Part shown: piece by piece, positions 1 through 13,599 of the stretch | How positions within the stretch are numbered: position 1 is the first letter of the stretch | Layout of the letters: every line of letters starts with the position of its first letter | Source of the DNA: Carcharhinus longimanus | Lineage: Eukaryota | Assembly: GCA_030264375.1 (NCBI GenBank) | Contig: JASCQW010000162.1 | Location: 44,742,869 to 44,806,868 of the forward strand | Reading direction: 5' to 3' | Length of the DNA: 64,000 nt | Notes under the pieces: model-generated | The model's database searches: none | The model's input: only the letters and a program-made list of their open reading frames with translations | What the model was told of the DNA's origin: nothing | Made by a program: the position numbers and the translations under genes

Positions 1-1477
1 AAAAAACACCTCCTGAGTATTGAAGCTGGCGATCTGTGTAGCTTGTGTTGGGACCACATATCACAGTAGTTAATGAAATATTCTATTGTTTAAACTACTC
101 TCTCCTCCTGCTTTGGTATCTTGGCAAAACAAATAAACTGAAGCCGGATATGAATTGAACTTGTAGTTGTGATTTATAAAACACTATCCATTAATAATGT
201 TGTGCAATAATAAATAATCAGTTTGAGGAATTATACTGATCTCACACTTGTAACAGGGGAATTATTTACATGATTCCTGGAACAAAGGAAAGTGAAGGAA
301 GCACAGATCCATATCTTAAAAAAACTGGGTAGTCTGCCTGGGATTATCTCTGATCTTTTAAGCCACATTGATCCTTAAAAAGCTATTTAACTCCCAAACT
401 CAGAGAGCAGCTGGGATCAACCCGAGTAGCTAGGTTATTGAAACAAAGAACAGTTATTATTCAATGATCCAGTTGGCATGGCTAACAGTCTGTGCCTGTG
501 AGTGATCATCATTGGAGTGCAGCAAGTTTTTTGGTGAGTCACAGGTACACTCAACACATGTTTGATGTGGACTAATTGAGGGGGTAAAAAGTGAAAGGCC
601 GAAGCCAGTAAGGATGCTCATCATAAATCATTTGACTATTTTTCAGGTATTTATGTAACATTCTTTTGCCCGCTATAAAAGTGAACAAGGCAAGAGATAA
701 AGAAATATATACACTGGCTAATCTTTTCTCAGTTAAAAGCCTAGTATCTTGACACCAAAGGTTAAATATGCTCTCTCACTCCACACTTAACTAAAATCAA
801 ACACCAAAATAGTATTAGGTCGCTCACTAAGTATACAAATTTCAACACAGGGGACTTGTTACTAGCGTAATTGATGGTTAGACTAATAGACTTTGTCCAT
901 TTTATTCTAAAAGTTAACAATCATGAGATAATGAATTATCTTTCAACAAACAGTGTGAAACGTTCAATTTAGATAGTAACTTAGATCTATATGCTCACTT
1001 CAGTTTATACTCAGCCAAACTGTTTATATTTAGTACTAAAAGTTGGAATTAATCACGTTGAGATTGATAGGTCAGCACTGTGATTGGCTAGCACAAGATT
1101 GTAAAAGCCACATTATAGACATAATTTCCTTGGACAGGAATGATGTTAAGTGTGTGTGGACAGTGAGGTATGCAGGCACTTTATTATGAGCATCCCAATT
1201 AGGGAAACGGCATGTGTGTAAATGCTTTGGCAGACTGACCTGCAGAATCTTCCACCACCAAAGTTAAATGCAATGAATGTCTGACCCACAGAAAATCAGG
1301 TGGAGTTCAGCTAGCAAAGATATACAAAATAATTCGAATGAAGGAGAGTTTACTGGCTCCTCACAATTTGTGGCCAATCTACATGCAAGCAATGGGCAGT
1401 CAGGTTAAGTTCAAAAGAATGTCTGCCACAAGCAGAACCACACGCCAGGATAAGTCATCACCTGCAGGAGGGAGAAA

Positions 1478-1812
1478 GAATCATAGAATCCCTACAATGC
1501 AGAACAGGCCTTTCAGTCCATCAAGTCTGCACTGACTCCCTGACAGAACACCCTGCCCTGGCCCTATCCCTGTAATTCCAAACATTTACCATGGCTAATC
1601 CCATCTAATCTACATATTTTGGGACACTAAGGGACAATTTAGCATGGCCAATTCACCTAATCTGCACATCTTTGGACCGTGGGAGGAAACCAGATCATCC
1701 GGAGGAAACCCATGTAAACACAGAGACAGCGTGCAAACACCATACACACAAGGCTGGAACTGAACCCGGGTCCCTGGCAATGTGAGACAACTGTTAGCAC
1801 TGCGCTGTCCAC
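1478..1812 (-). mobile_element. HE1-like tRNA-derived SINE with CR1-type tail
   Basis: Reverse complement of the head (...gctaacag...ccagggacccgggttcagttcc), conserved body (gtgggaggaaaccag), and tail seen on plus as catagaatc. Confidence 0.85.
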
Positions 1813-3295
1813 AAAAATTGAGTTTTTTTTAACAAAAGGTGATTTCTCAATTTGTGAAAAATTTTAATTTAATGTTTCTGCTCTAGCCGTAAAGCTAGAG
1901 TTGGCATACACTTATTGAATGAAAAGATGTGATATAATTCAGAACAGCTATAGATGTTTTCTGCACCATATAGTTACTCACAACTAATTATTTTCTTCAG
2001 GTAATTTGAGATGAAACAAAAAATCATCACAATACCTGCTGCAATTTTGGACAAGTAGAATTGACTAACTCTAAATTAAAGGTAAATCTAACAAGTTCTT
2101 GAGCTTAGCTCTGTTTTATGTTGAGTGTACAAAGAAGCACAGCATAAAATAGATGGCATGACATATTACAATCTCCAATTCCCTTTATGTATTAATTTGA
2201 GCAACTTTAAATTAAACGTGCACATACCTATAGATAATGAAGGCCTCTGTCAGTGGAAACTAACTTGAAACTTTTGCAGATATAATTTGTGGTTATTAAC
2301 ATGAAGGGCATCAGCACTGAGAAACCTTTTTAACCAAATGTGAACATCAAGCACTTCTTATGAATGTAGAGTAAGCCTCCCTTAATCTACTCCATCAATG
2401 CACTTTGGTCCCATAGAACCACCTCCCACTGCTTAGTGTGACATTTCCATTACCAGCACCAGCCATCCTTGTGTTATCTCTGATTGAGACATATACTGGA
2501 GCACCAATTAATGCTGAAATATATAGCAGTTTTGTATGATGAACTCACACACCAACCTCCATGTTGAGGATGGACAAACTCACTTCACTCATAAGCCTTA
2601 AACGAGCAGAGAAAAGCTTTCATTTTGGCCTGGATTTAGCTGCTGATTTCAAATGGGAAAGCACAGCAAATCCGTTCTTCAGAAAACCATTCAAAGAAAT
2701 TATAATTTTACTTCCAGTATTGCAAAAAGAGGCAGCGGAGCAGGTTAAGTGCTTTTAGGTTGCTGGTTTAAGTCACTTATAACTGAAGTGTTTTGCATTT
2801 TCACCTCAGGGCTAAATAGGGATTCTTTTTGGCAGGTTTGTATAGCTCACTGTATTGAGACAACTCCCTGGGAATGGGCCCCCAGCCAACACTGCCAGCA
2901 GGTAAATTCCAATTCGATGATAATCCATTGATTTATACGGTGCTGACTGAAACAACTTTATCTGTCTTCCTAAAGAGTTCATTAACCACCCCTGTGCACC
3001 ACCCCTCGTGCTATGCGATGAGCAGTTTCCCAACTGTGTGCCTGTAATCTCCTTTGCTGATAATAAAATGTCCTGAAAACTACAATTAAAATTCCTCCGC
3101 AATGACATTTCTTCCAGGGCAACTGCACAAACAATAAGGCAGATTCTTTTTAACAGTTCTACAGAATCGCAGTAAATTACGTAAAGCTCAAGTTAAAATA
3201 CTCCTTGCATAATGACTATTTTCTGGAAAATCAGTACCATTCCCACCTTTCTTTCTATGTGTAGCTCTTTGTCATATGTCTCAGAATGCATCTGT

Positions 3296-3582
3296 GGTGG
3301 CAAGATGGCACAACGGTTAGCACTGCTGCCTCACAGCGCCAGAGACCTAGATTTGGTTCTTGGCTTGGGTGACTGTCTATGCAGAGTCTGCATGCTCTCC
3401 CCATGTGTATGTGGGGTTCCTCCGGGCGCTCTGGTTTCCTCCCACAGGCCAAAAGACATGCTGCTTAGGTGCATTGGCCATGCTAAATTCTTCCTCAGTG
3501 TACCCGAACAGGCATTGGAGTGTGGCAACTTCATTGCAGTGTTAATGGAAGCCTCCTTATGACTAATAAATAAACTTTACTT
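3296..3582 (+). mobile_element. HE1-like SINE (subfamily with AATAAATAAAC tail)
   Basis: Head atggcacaacggttagcactgctgcctcacagcgcc, body ggtttcctcccac...gcattggccatgctaaattc, tail ctaataaataaactttac. Confidence 0.88.
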
Positions 3583-3969
3583 TCTGCTTAATTTAGAAAT
3601 TCTGCAAGGTTTAAAAATATATTTTTGTAGGAATAATCAGCGTAAAAATATTAGCTGATCTTATTGCAATATTGTTGTAAAATATGTTTAACATAGGAAA
3701 AGTATCCTTTTCTTGGCTTATGTGAATTCCTTATTGACCAACAATAATTAGTTTACTGAAACTAATAAGGCTGATTTTTCCTGACTTTGGCGCCAGGCTG
3801 AAAAGTGAGTCCAAGCCCACATTTCCTGGCAGTGGGATCACCCTAAAATTTTATCGTAGGATGGCTCCTAACTGGCTGTCTGTGAGCTTACCATCCAATT
3901 AAAGACAGCAGGCAGGCTTCTGATACTGTCAGCCCAATTGGGGGACCAGCAGCCACAACAGTACCACTA

Positions 3970-5345
3970 TAAGATCATGAGACATAGAAGCAGCAGTAGG
4001 CCATTCAGCCTGTCAAGTTTGCTCTGCTATTCAATGAGATCATGACTGATCTGATGTGGTAATCCTCAACCCCCATTTCCCGCCTTATCCCCATAACTGT
4101 TGTTTCCCTTATTGATTAAAAAGCTGTCTATCTCAGCCTTGAACATATTTAACGACCCAGCCTCTACAGCTCTCTACGGTAAAGAATTCCACAGATTGCC
4201 CTCTGAGAGAATAAATTCTTCCTCATCTCTGACTTGAATGGGTGACCTCTTACTCTGAGATTATGCCCTGAGATCCTAGACTTTCCCACAAGGAGCGGCT
4301 ACCTTGTCAAACCTCCTGAGAATCTTATATGTCTCAATAAGTTTGTCTTTTATTCTTCCAGCCTCTACTGAGTACATGCCCAACTTACTCAGCCTGTCCA
4401 CAGAAGATAACCCGATCAACCTCTTCTCTAGGCAACTTCCAATGCCAGCACATCTTTCCTGAGATAAAACAAACAAAACTGTTTGCAGTTGTCCAGGTGT
4501 GGATAGTTTTAGTAAGACTTCCCTTTTTATGCTCCATTTCCTTTGAAATAAAGGCCAACATTTCATTTACCTTCCCTATTGTCTGCTGTATTTACGTGCT
4601 AGCTACAAGGACACGCTCACTGCTGCAGCTTCCTCCATTTAAATATAATTGAGCTCCTTTATTCTTCCTACCAAAGTACATGATGTCACATTTTCCTACA
4701 TTATATTCCATCTGACAAGTCGTTGCCCACTCACAAGACAATCTGTCTATACCCGTCTGGGTAAAAGTTTATCAGCACATCCGCTCAAGTTTCATACAAT
4801 CCCACCCAAGGCCAACGGAAAATGAGCTTTGCCCACCCCCCAGAATCAGGGTGGGCAAGGCGGTAAAATTCTGGCCTTTGCATCATCCTCACCACCACCA
4901 TCCTTCCCACCTATTTTTGTGTCATCCACAAACTTGGTAATAGTTCACTTGCCTTGTCCAAGTCATTAATATATGTTGTAAGTAACTGTGGCCCCAACAT
5001 TGACCACTGGTTACAAGTTGTCATCCTGAAAAGTTCCTCTTACGCCAACTCCTCCATCAGTTAGCCAATCTTCTATCCATGCTAACATACTACCTCCAAC
5101 ACCATGGACTCTTATTAATTAGCCTTTGTGTAGCACCTTATCAACTGCTTTTTTTAATGAAATCCAAGCATATTGTATCTATAGGTTCCCCTTTATCCAT
5201 CATGGTCATTACCACCTCAAGAATGCTGATAAATTTGTCAGGCGTGATTTCCTCTTCGTCAAGGCATGCTGACTCTGCTTGATTATGCATTTCTAAATGC
5301 TCTGCTATTACATCCTCTATAATGGACTCTTAACACTTTCCCAAT
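3970..5345 (-). mobile_element. CR1 LINE 3' portion, degenerate, interrupted by a MITE at ~4758-4875
   Basis: CR1 3' end (catagaagcagcagtaggccattcagcc on plus). Minus-strand peptide ...DRLSKLGMYSVE..RIKDKLIETYKILRRFDKV is the CR1 ORF2 C-terminus. Confidence 0.85.
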
Positions 5346-6986
5346 GACCGATCTATCCTAGGAGAGATGGGCACTGCTGAGCCAGCGAGGAGACTGCGAG
5401 GCCACTTCAACATGGAACACTGTCAGGTAGGGATGTAAAAATTAAAATTTCGGCATCAAGGACACAAGGCTCCATGGATAGAAGCAAAAGCCCTCCACTG
5501 TGATAGTTGGGGCCACAGGGCTGTATTTTCTGCCTGTGGCTCCGATAGTCCCCTGGTTTGCCACAGGCCCTTAATGAAGCTAGCGGCTTCCTCACTTGAA
5601 GTGGCGGGGGGCTGGTGGTTGTTGTTACTCCATCTCTAGAAAAATGGAGGCAGTCCCATACAATGGCCTAACATTGGGCCTTAATTATGTACATCAGTTG
5701 CACACCTTCCTTCAGCAGACAACCAATCTGCCTCACAGCCTGTCTTCTCTCAGAGGTCAGGAAGCTTTCCCAGCAGTAGGGTAGTGATGGGGAGCTATCC
5801 TGACATGGGTCCCTGCTCTCTTACCAGCCCCACTCCCTTCAGTTACTTGGGGGGAACTGATAAAATTAAACTCATGTCGCCAATAGCTCGATTGTAGCAC
5901 GAGCCTTTGAAAGGCTTGTAAAGGCTGACTTTGCCAAATCAATGACAGGGTCAACTTACCACCTGAAAAATAAATAGTAAAGGTCATCTACACAATACAG
6001 CAAATCATAGAGGAGCTTGGCACTCCACCTTTAAATACACAAAGCGATTACTTGTGTTCCAGACACAGTGCTCCAAGTTAAATTTGGTCATATTTCTTGA
6101 ATGTCTTGCTATTTCAGACTTGTCCAGATTCTTGTACAATGGAATTTTTTTGGAGTACTTCACAGTTAGTTTAAGAAGTTGTGCTGAATGAATGCTTTCT
6201 GTCTTGGAATGTAATTTTAGATTGATGCCAAGGTGACCACTTGCCTAACAGAATGGTTGGGCTCAGTCAGATTATGAGGTAGGTTTGTTTTCAGCATGGA
6301 AATCTGTATCATCAGTAAAATACGGAAGTGTTGCAAAATTACCAAAATAGTGCCAAACCATCAAATGTAAATTGATGGGTCAGGCTGTTTCCTGCATGGT
6401 CTGGGAGAACAACTGGTGTATTGCAAAGAGCACAGTTACAGTCTGGTATCACCACTTTTACAACGAACAAAATACTGATACAGTCCGTTATCAAGTCAAT
6501 GAAATGTCTCCAAACACTCCATACAATTATTTTACTTATTGCACAGCAATTTATGTGAGAAGCTTGCCCATGCTAAGTTTCCTGGATTTTGGCTTGTCAG
6601 ATATCTTATGAATCTCCTCAAAGAATAAAACACACATATCAAAGCAATTATTATAGACGCTGCCCGGCTGAAATAGTGAAACTGGTGCATTAGCTTTTTT
6701 GTAAGTTTCATCGCTTTCAGGAAAATGATGCCAGGCAAACCCACATATGCTTTCCTCTTGCATGTATAATACCCATGGACACAAGTCTTGCTGCAAGTAA
6801 CTATGTAGACTGGGGGCTGTTTCTTTACATGTGCCAGTGTTGTCATGCCATGGGTCCAATGATGATGTGTTGTTATTAGGAGACATGGTCTTCCATTATG
6901 TATCATTTTATTTTTAATTGGGAATCAGATAAGCTCCTAGTAGAGCAGCTTTCCTGACAATTTTTTTTAAAAGAATAAAAAAAATT

Positions 6987-7115
6987 GGCCAGAATTTTAC
7001 CACGTCACCTATCACAGGAATCATCGTGGGCAAGGGGCTTTCAAAAGGGAGATTTGTGGACCTCGAGCAGGATTTCTTCGGTTTTGGGACAAGCGAGGCT
7101 GTAAAATCCCACCCA
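6987..7115. mobile_element. Short MITE with imperfect TIRs (GGCCAGAATTTTAC...GTAAAATCCCACCC); related copies at ~4758-4875 and ~60688-60833
   Basis: Terminal inverted repeats visible. Internal similarity to the other copies, which are in the opposite orientation. Confidence 0.65.
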
Positions 7116-7294
7116 TTTTCTCTGAGGGACTTTGATCAACCAATATGAGGTACTTAGCCAAGGGCTGCAATTTTCCAGCCTAAAGTCCAATGATACTCAG
7201 CAGGACTGGACGATCTCAGTGGCAGGCAGCGCTGGAAAATCCCATCATATGTCATCCAAAGCACTAGTAGAATATAGTGAAGAAAGCTTCTCCA

Positions 7295-7580
7295 CACATT
7301 AAAACAAATACTTGTATTAACATGGCCTAAGGGTGTCCCAAATATTTCTGCAATGTAGTTATTGTTGTTATATAGGAAACACATCAGTTAGCTAGGATCT
7401 TGCTGTGTGCAAGCTAGGAGATAAATGACCAGATTTGTTTTAGCAATGTTGGTTAAGGGTTAGTTCTTGGTCAATTTACTGGAAGAACCCCTTTGCTTTC
7501 TTTGAATAGTGCCACAAGATATTTTATGTGCACTGATGCAAATGAATTGTCTATTTAACATCTCATGCAAAAAACAGATG
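7295..7580 (-). mobile_element. Deu-core SINE remnant (SacSINE1/AmnSINE-like)
   Basis: Reverse complement of the Deu core (tgagatgttaaa...gtggcactattcaaagaaagcaaagggg) and an L2-like tail. Confidence 0.6.
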
Positions 7581-8794
7581 TAGCGTATGTATTGTAGTTT
7601 ATATTGCTGTAAGTCTCAAAAGTTAAAATTCTGATTACACGGGTGTGAAATTAAAATGTCAATGTTGCACCAATCTATCAAAACTTTCTTGCCTGGAGTC
7701 ACAGGAGGAAATTAAAGATTAAATCTGTGCCTACGCTTATGAGGAAAATGGCACCATGCCAAGATGAAGCACAGAATTTCCATTCAACATCACAGGCCAG
7801 TGCAATTCATTTGTGTTTATAATAGAATGGATGCCATGCCTGATTAATTGCAACAAAAGTTAAATGGGTATCACCCTGTAATCTTTGCCTATGAATCTAC
7901 ACCCAATGGTTGGGCTGCTTTGCAATTTATTGGTGGGATTATAACATTGAAAATATTTTTCCACATGGGTTTACCTACTGTTGTCATTAAGCAAACATCA
8001 GTTCTGGTAGGGTCAAACAAATACTTGCTTGATCTGTGTGGCAATGACTTTCCCCAGACAAAGGTTACAGTTTATTCTGTGAAAATTAAAGGTACAAACA
8101 CCTCTGATGGCCTGGTAGGTAAAGGTAACTGCTTCCAAGCCAGTTGATCAACAGGACAAACATCCCAAATTTGATTTCAAATCTGCACTAAATTAGCTAA
8201 TTACAATGAAAGTAGGAGTTAAGAATTGCTCAAAATAAAGCTACCTTTTTATGGAAAAAAATGACCCTGGGTCCGCGTCCAATTGTTACCCATTGACCAC
8301 TGTTGCAAAGTGTGGTTGTTCAGTTCAGCCATAGTTGGACAGGCTCAGAACCTCAACTCACAGCTAAAGAATGGCCAATTAGATGAGATATAGTTCAATA
8401 ATCTATCACTAATACTGTGAAGTAATTAAAAACACACACAGTATCAGGTGACTTGATGTTGCAGTGTATTGGCATGCTGTTCAATATATCACAGAGCAGT
8501 ATTCAGATCTCTTATTCCATGAATTCCAAGGTTCTGATGAGCTGTTTTATGTGTAAACTAAATTCATCAAGCAAAAAACAGATCAAATACGATAGGCCGA
8601 GGGGGGGAATTAAGAGGAATATAAGATTGGCAAAAAGAAATTTGACATTAGAATGCCATTCAACTTGAAAGGGACCTAAATATGTTCCATTGACATATAA
8701 ATAGTAAGAGATGGGGTGGTTGTTGTTCCTATTTGGGACAAAGAAGGTGATATATGGCTAGAGGTACTAGGCAAGGCTAGAGCACATAATAACT

Positions 8795-9290
8795 ACTTTG
8801 CATGAGCCACCTTTTCAGTGGATACCCTTTGTCACCCAGCAACCAACCATTCAGCCAAGCTGGAGCCAGGAGCAGGATGTATGCATCATCAAAGCTGCCA
8901 GGTATACCTTACTCAGGTTTGCTGAATCTGGTCCTGTGATGCATACTATCTGGATGTTCATGGACTGATAAGCCTTCCTATTCACAAAGGCACCTGGCTG
9001 ATTGTGTTGGATGGCTATCTGAGTGCAGTCTGTGGCACACTGGGTGCGGGTAAATCAAGCAATAGCTGCTAAGCCTTTGGCTTGCTCAGACTGGTGGACT
9101 GGTCCATCCAGTAATGTGTGGACCTGTCAGAACAGAGCATACAATATCAGCTTGATGCAATCATGGACAGTTGATTGGGACACTCCACTCAGATCCCCCA
9201 CTGACCTTGGGAAAGATCCAGATGCATAAAAATTGAGGGGGAGTATGACCTTCAGACCCACTGGCATCGGGCACCCACTCACACAGTTCG
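8795..9290 (-). mobile_element. PIF/Harbinger transposase fossil (frameshifts and stops)
   Basis: Minus-strand peptides LNFYASGSFPRSVGDLSGVSQSTVHDCI, ATDCTQIAI, FVNRKAYQSMNIQIVC, PGSFDDAYIL and GWLLGDKGYPLKRWLM match HARBI1/Harbinger DDE motifs. Confidence 0.9.
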
Positions 9291-9299
9291 AAGTAACCT

Positions 9300-11060
9300 C
9301 TAGTCCAATCATATGTTTGACTAACCTAATTGAATTGATTGATAGAAGTTGATGAAGGAAATATAGTGGATAACGTCCACGTAAATTTGAGACATGGTAA
9401 TATGTAAAAGGCTGATTACCTAGACTGTGGATCATGAAATAGGACTCTCAGCATTCAGCTTGGATAAAAAAAATAAGGACAGAAAATAGTGAGTTTTGAT
9501 GAACGGCTGTTTTTGAGACTGGAGGATGGTAGTTAGTGATGTTCCCCAAGGGTTAGTGCTCGGACCACTGCTTGTTTTGATATGTATAAATGACTTGGAC
9601 ATTGAAACACAGAGTGAAATTTTAAAATTTGCTGATGATATTGAATTATGAGTTCTGGCAAACAGCGAGGATGATATGAATCAAGTGTAACAGGGCATGG
9701 GCTAGCAAAATGGACAGAAAAGTGACAGACACAATTTAATACAGGGAACTGTGAAGTGATACATTTCAGCAGAAAGATTGGGGGAGGTGGTATAAACATT
9801 GGGCAGGATTCTTCGATCTCATCCGTGCCCATCCCATCTGCAAGTGAGAATGGAGAATTTGCGTCCTGCCAAAACTCCATTCACTTTCAATGGCATCGGT
9901 GGATTCCAGCAGTGAACAAGGATGGAGGCTTTTGATGATAATGGCAGAGTTTAAAGATTAGGGTGGGGAAAAGGGATCTTGGAGTTTGTGTGCATGGATC
10001 TTTAAAAGGTGCAGGACACACCGAGAAAGTAACTGGCAAAGTATATCGGATCTTGGGCTTCATAAATGGTACAACATTGAGCACAAAAGCAGGGAAATTA
10101 TGCTGAACCTTTACAAAGCTCCGGTGAGGTTACAATGAGAGTATTATCTCTGGTTCTGGCCACCACAGTTTATTTATTAGCGTCACAAGTAGGCTTACAT
10201 TACCACTACTATGAAGTTACTGGGAAAATCTCCTCGTCAGTTCAGGTACACTGAAGGGGAATTTACCTTGGCCAATACACCTAACAAGCATGTCCTTTAG
10301 TCTATGGGAGGAAACCAGAGCACCTGGAGGAAACCCATGCAGACACAGGGAGAACATGCAGATTTCATACAAATAGTAACCCNNNNNNNNNNNNNNNNNN
10401 NNNNNNNNNNNNNNNNNNNNNNNNNNNNNNNNNNNNNNNNNNNNNNNNNNNNNNNNNNNNNNNNNNNNNNNNNNNNNNNNNNGAGGAAACCAGAGCACCT
10501 GGAGGAAACCCATGCAGACACAGGGAGAACATGCAGATTTCATACAAATAGTAACCCAAGCCAGCAATCAAATCCAGGTCCCTGGCGCTGTGAAACAGCA
10601 TGCTAGCCAGTGTGCCACCCAGTCCTTGAGAGAATGCAGAGGAGACCTACGAGAATGGATGCAAGGATGGGGTTTTGAGCTACAACATTAGGTTGGAGAA
10701 GTTAGAGTCATTCTTCTTAGAGCAAAGGTGATTGAGGTGAGATATAACAAAGATATTGAGAGGTTTGGATAGAGGTAGACAAGGAAAAATTGAACCCATT
10801 AACTGATGGCAGAAGAACTAGGGGACACAGATGTAAGGTTTTGGGTAAGAGATGCAGTGAGATGTGAGGAAGAACTTTTTTTTAAACAGTGAGTCATAAT
10901 GACCTGGAACTCACTGGCAATGAGGGTGGTGGGAGCAGAGACAATCAACAATTCCAAAAGGAAACTCAGTTGTCCCTTGACAGAGCAGGGAAATTACTGC
11001 ATGGAGAGCTGGCATAGACTGATTGGGCTGAATGGTGACATCCTATGCCGTAAATGTCTT
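9300..11060 (+). mobile_element. CR1 LINE RT and 3' end, interrupted by a MITE (~9800-9930) and a SINE (~10168-10620)
   Basis: gttccccaagggttagtgctcggaccactgc (VPQGxVLGPLLF), ataaatgacttgga, tttgctgatgat (FADD), and CR1 tail gggctgaatgg. Confidence 0.88.
10168..10620 (-). mobile_element. HE1-like SINE spanning a 100-N gap
   Basis: tttatttattag tail on plus, gaggaaaccagagcacctggagg body, head at ~10620. Confidence 0.85.
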
Positions 11061-11599
11061 CTACTAAATGGATTTTAGTAGCTATCCAACAAGAGGGAAC
11101 AATGTTAAGTTCAGAGCATGAAATAACATGCATTATTCTTGCCTACAAGCTGAAAACTACAGTAACAGAAGTCAGAGTCTAGGCTGCCACTATCTCTTTT
11201 TGCTATGGAATTCTGCACTGGTTGATGGGATGGGGGAAATAAATTCATAACAATGTGCCAAATCTTTCCATTTGTGTTTAATAACTTCCAAGAAAATTGT
11301 TTTGTATTCATCCATCTTGAGAAGGTCAATTTTTATGCAGAGTCTCCATGCTTTTCTCTTTCCAGCCATATTAACCGCTGCAGTCAGCTGTGTTAGAATA
11401 AATTGTAATGATAGGGATTCACTAGCCAAGATTATAGGGACTTAATTGGATGTCAACACTTGATTGAATAGCTGACCTAGCCCACGTGTTTCATAAAGTA
11501 TAAGCAGTGCCTTTGTCACTGACATGTATTGGAATTGTAAATGTCCAGTATTAATAGCTGCCACAATAATAATGATATACAGTCGATCAGCCTCTGCTA

Positions 11600-12115
11600 T
11601 TTTCAAAATCTCTATCTTGATGCCGCCACCAAATTGATCTTCCCCTCTCTTCACCTTTCAGCATTCCACAGGGACCATTCCCTGCACATTACCTGGTCCA
11701 TTTTTCAATTACTTTCAGCACCCTCTGTGCTTCCCACAGCACCATCCCATGCACGCAGAGATGCAACACCGGCCCTTTCTCTCCACCCCTTCCACCGTCC
11801 AAAGGCTCAAACACTCCTATGTGAAGCACCAATTTAGTTGTACTTCTTTCAATTTATTTATATTATGTTTGGTGTTCAGAATGTGGTCCATTCTATACTT
11901 GGGAGGACATTTCCATTTAGTCAACAAGTGTGTCCCTGAGCTTCTCATCAACTGTTCAACTATCATTCTTAATGATCGACTTCACTCGTACCCTGACATT
12001 TCAGTCCTTGGCCTCCTATCCTGTTCCAACTGAAAAACAGTCCCTCACCTTTTGCACTTTACATCCCAATGGACTCAACACTGAATTCAACAATTTCAGG
12101 TCATCATCTCTGTCC
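11600..12115 (+). mobile_element. Penelope-like element, GIY-YIG endonuclease remnant
   Basis: Degenerate F-S-C-T-S-F-N-L-(IY)...C-S-E-C-G-P-F-Y-T-W-E pattern (tttagttgtacttctttcaattt...tgttcagaatgtggtcc..ctatacttggga), followed by LHPNGLNTEF, typical of the Penelope ORF C-terminus. Confidence 0.75.
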
Positions 12116-12159
12116 CCATGTTTTGAGCAGCAGTTATTATTAATTAATCTGCTATCAGG

Positions 12160-12838
12160 TGTGGCATGACGGCACAGTGGTTAGCACTGCTGCCTCACAG
12201 TGCCAGGGANNNNNNNNNNNNNNNNNNNNNNNNNNNNNNNNNNNNNNNNNNNNNNNNNNNNNNNNNNNNNNNNNNNNNNNNNNNNNNNNNNNNNNNNNNN
12301 NNNNNNNNNNNNNNNNNNNNNNNNNNNNNNNNNNNNNNNNNNNNNNNNNNNNNNNNNNNNNNNNNNNNNNNNNNNNNNNNNNNNNNNNNNNNNNNNNNNN
12401 NNNNNNNNNNNNNNNNNNNNNNNNNNNNNNNNNNNNNNNNNNNNNNNNNNNNNNNNNNNNNNNNNNNNNNNNNNNNNNNNNNNNNNNNNNNNNNNNNNNN
12501 NNNNNNNNNNNNNNNNNNNNNNNNNNNNNNNNNNNNNNNNNNNNNNNNNNNNNNNNNNNNNNNNNNNNNNNNNNNNNNNNNNNNNNNNNNNNNNNNNNNN
12601 NNNNNNNNNNNNNNNGGCGTGGATCACTGTTTGTGTGGAGTTTGTATATTCTCCCCATGTCTGCGTCAGTTTCCTCTCACAGTTCAAAAGATGCACTGGT
12701 TAGGTGCATTGGCCATGCTAAATTCTCCCTCAGTGTACCTGAGCAGGCACCGGAGTACAGCGACTAGGAGATTTTCACAATAACTTAATTGCAGTGTTGA
12801 TGTAAGCATACTTGTGACACTCATAAATAAATAAATAA
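12160..12838 (+). mobile_element. HE1-like SINE spanning a gap
   Basis: Head ggcacagtggttagcactgctgcctcacagtgccaggga and tail ataaataaataaataa. Confidence 0.85.
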
Positions 12839-13599
12839 GTATTCCATTTGACAACTGCTCTGGACAACCTTCCTTTTGTAATTTGGGCTCTCCTGTTTTC
12901 CAGCTTATCACTGACCTTCCCTTTGTTTGTCTCTTCCCCTGTTAAAAAATCTAGTTCGGATGAAAGGCGTGGAATACGGTAAATTTTCCAGTCCTGCCCT
13001 GCCATGGGAATCATTGTGGGTGGAAGAGGCAATTGAAAGTTCTTCAATGGGCATTTCCAGTCCTGGGGTAGGTAGGACTAGAAAATCGTGCCCAGTGACT
13101 CTGTTTTTCTCTCTCCGTGGATGCTGTCTGACCTGCAGAGTATTTCCAGTATTTTCTGTTTTATGTCACGTTTTTTTATTCCTGGGACTCTTGAAGAACA
13201 GCTTTTGGGAGTACTGCACTTGAAGATGTCCCATGTAACCTCAGAGTCCTTTCTAACATGCAATGGTTGGCTTTCTTTCATCTGGGTGCCAAATTGACCA
13301 CAAGCAACACTTCTTTTCACAAAGTAGTTTGCAGCCTCTGAGAATAATTCTCACAATGTTGGCCATTCATGCAGGACTGTTCCTTAGTTACGATTCTGCC
13401 TCATTTGCCTGTCACAGTTCAGAAAATTGTTCAAAGCTCCCTCAGTAGACCTGCTGGTAAGATAGTGAGGAACTGAGTTACAGACCAGGCAGCTCCCAGG
13501 TCTAATGCCAAGTAGCAGGTGAGTTAGTACATTACAAACAGAAAAATGGCAAACTGCTGCAATTCCCTTGAGTAGCCCCACTTTGTGAAGGCCAAATTG

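Noticed and set aside
12155-12783. Long ORFs of 167-205 aa
   Set aside because: Artefacts of translating through N-gaps inside a SINE. The same applies to the other X-containing ORFs.
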